Positions 62,444 through 64,000 of a stretch of DNA of 64,000 nucleotides are shown here, in pieces. Position numbers and translations under genes: made by a program. The notes under the pieces were generated by a model. It was given only the letters and a program-made list of their open reading frames with translations, made no database searches and was not told the origin of the DNA. Positions within the stretch are counted from its first letter, which is position 1, and the number at the start of each line of letters is the position of its first letter. The stretch is taken from positions 50,082-114,081 of the forward strand of contig CAWFAK010000006.1 of NCBI GenBank assembly GCA_963813715.1. The letters are read 5' to 3'. The DNA is from an uncultured Planctomycetaceae bacterium. Its GTDB lineage: Bacteria > Planctomycetota > Planctomycetia > Planctomycetales > Planctomycetaceae.

Positions 62444-62698
62444 TCAGGCAGTGCGACGAGCAAGCGCGTGGTACACCAGCAGGACGACGATTGCACCACC
62501 AACAGCGATCAACATGCTGTAGATGTCGAACCCAGTGATGCCCGAGAAACCCGCGAAATGCGCGATGAAGCCGCCGACGACTGCACCCACAATTCCCAAG
62601 ACGATGTCCATAAACATCCCCTCGCCTTTTTTGTTGACGAGCAGGCTGGCGACGAACCCAGCGACGAGTCCTAAACCAAGCCACGCAAGAATTCCCAT
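62444..62698 (-). CDS. GlsB/YeaQ/YmgE (transglycosylase-associated) membrane protein
   Basis: MGILAWLGLGLVAGFVAS...DIVLGIVGAVVGG...AVGGAIVVL. SD AGGAGG. Confidence 0.92.
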   Translation of the reverse strand: MGILAWLGLGLVAGFVASLLVNKKGEGMFMDIVLGIVGAVVGGFIAHFAGFSGITGFDIYSMLIAVGGAIVVLLVYHALARRTA

Positions 62699-63289
62699 TG
62701 GGAATCCTCCTGTTGTGAAAGGTCAGTTGAATCAACGAAGGCCCGGCGCGCACCGCGGCTGCGATGACCAAGAACAACGGCACGCTGGCCGTACGTGAAA
62801 CAGAACTCGCGAGTTGCTGACGCGCGAGCGCTACGCAGACGTGCATTCCTCCTTCGCGAGACGGGCGCGCAGGAGCTGCCGACCTGGAAAGGACAATCGC
62901 GGAGAAATCGGTCGGAAAGCGGCGAACGACCGCGCCTGACTTACGATTTGCAGTAACGGGCGACGTGCTCAGACGTCGGAGCGGATCCCGACAACCGATA
63001 CCATCCTGGCCGGAACTCGACCGCAAACACTTGCCTCGACCGAAGGCCGGGCAACGCAATCAGCGAAACCAAAGGGCGGCCCGCATGCGTGAGGTCAGGT
63101 TCTCGCGAACTGAATCGAGAACCGTGCCATTCCAGAGCGGCAAAAGAAGTGACCGAATTTAAGAAGGGCGATCACTGCCAGACAGCTTGCCATTCGTTAG
63201 CCAGCGCCTCAGTCTGGCACGATGCATCTTCCATGTCAAATAAATTCTCCAAGAGCGTCGAACTCGTCCGGCCACGCATCGAGTTTGTG

Positions 63290-63904
63290 TCATCGAATGA
63301 GAAGAGCTCGCGCAGGGCCTGCATCTCCTCCGACGACTTTCAACGGAGCGGCGACGAGGTCGTAGACTCCCTCTTCGACGTCTTTTAGATTCAGAGATTC
63401 CAATATCGTAACTTGATTTCGGGCGAGCCCGTGATGAATCGGGAGATCTTTGCTGTCCAGCGCGTCGACCGACGGAAGATCGACGCCCAACAAAACGAGG
63501 CCCTGCGATCCCAACCAATCGGGCACGTCGAGGTCGAGCACCGGGATCTTTTCTGGAAACACCCGAGGGTCGCTCCACGCATCCGTTCGAATCAGCAAAC
63601 GGGTCGCGCCGCCGAAATCTCGCGATAAGTCGCGTCGCGAAATGATTTGAGTTTGTCGCACCTGCACGACGATCGCTTTGCCGACGAAGGTCGCGAGCGG
63701 CAAGTCGTGTAGTTTTGTGCCCTCGTCCAAAAAATGAAACGGCGCGTCGACATGAGTGCCGAAGTGCGTGCTCATGCGAAGGGCGCCGACATTCACCGTC
63801 GCACCGGCTGCGCGCTTCCAGGTCAATTCGTAGTTGAACTCCGTGTCGCCCGGCCAGGCCGCCAACTTCGTATCGAGCGGCAGGCTGATGTCGATGATTT
63901 CCAC
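63290..63904 (-). CDS. Cyclase-family metallohydrolase (kynurenine formamidase-like)
   Basis: IDISLPL...WPGD, HFGTHVDAPFHF, GVDLPSVD, ILESL, GGDAGPARA. Probable GTG start at 63904. Confidence 0.88.
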   Translation of the reverse strand: MEIIDISLPLDTKLAAWPGDTEFNYELTWKRAAGATVNVGALRMSTHFGTHVDAPFHFLDEGTKLHDLPLATFVGKAIVVQVRQTQIISRRDLSRDFGGATRLLIRTDAWSDPRVFPEKIPVLDLDVPDWLGSQGLVLLGVDLPSVDALDSKDLPIHHGLARNQVTILESLNLKDVEEGVYDLVAAPLKVVGGDAGPARALLIR

Positions 63905-63979
63905 GGCTTCGCCTCTGCCTTCTGACTCGATCCTGTCGACGTTGGCCTCAGGCCGTTCGATCACCTCAAATCTGACGAT

Positions 63980-64000
63980 TGGCCGAGGCGGGGCTCGAAC
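63980..64000 (-). tRNA. 3' end of a tRNA (probably Leu), truncated by the window end
   Basis: Reverse complement G-TTCGAGC-CCCGC-CTCGGCC-A reads as T loop, T stem, acceptor strand and A73. No encoded CCA. The anticodon is not visible. Confidence 0.7.

Overview
High-GC bacterial DNA, almost certainly a planctomycete (DUF1559 prepilin-like gene, very long SecA, several sulfatases, a kinase-NTPase-FGE fusion, Gly-rich 'protocadherin-like' genes). About 20 genes carry single-base frameshifts, including secA, so most are probably long-read/assembly errors, and I joined the frames by eye. Layout: (1) 1-30 kb, an accessory sulfatase-associated neighbourhood with two DUF1254/DUF1214 genes, two CTAGR-type arylsulfatases, FGE, HAD, a 2H phosphoesterase, a catalase-like peroxidase, a TolC-like protein, a NarL-type two-component system and two copies of an NTF2-like + low-complexity gene pair; (2) 30-43 kb, ECF sigma/anti-sigma, an MFS transporter and a penicillin-acylase-family amidase divergent from TetR-paaD-G-A-B-C-Z; (3) 43-54 kb, eamA, waaA, secA, an NPP-type phosphodiesterase, a sulfatase and a Cys-rich DUF1559 gene; (4) 54.8-64 kb, three tandem paralogous Cys-rich peptide genes with a cyanobactin-like leader (my best candidate for an undescribed system), a Ser/Thr kinase-NTPase-FGE fusion, csp, small stress genes, a kynB-like cyclase and a tRNA 3' end at the window edge. 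Family assignments come from motif recognition, not database searches.
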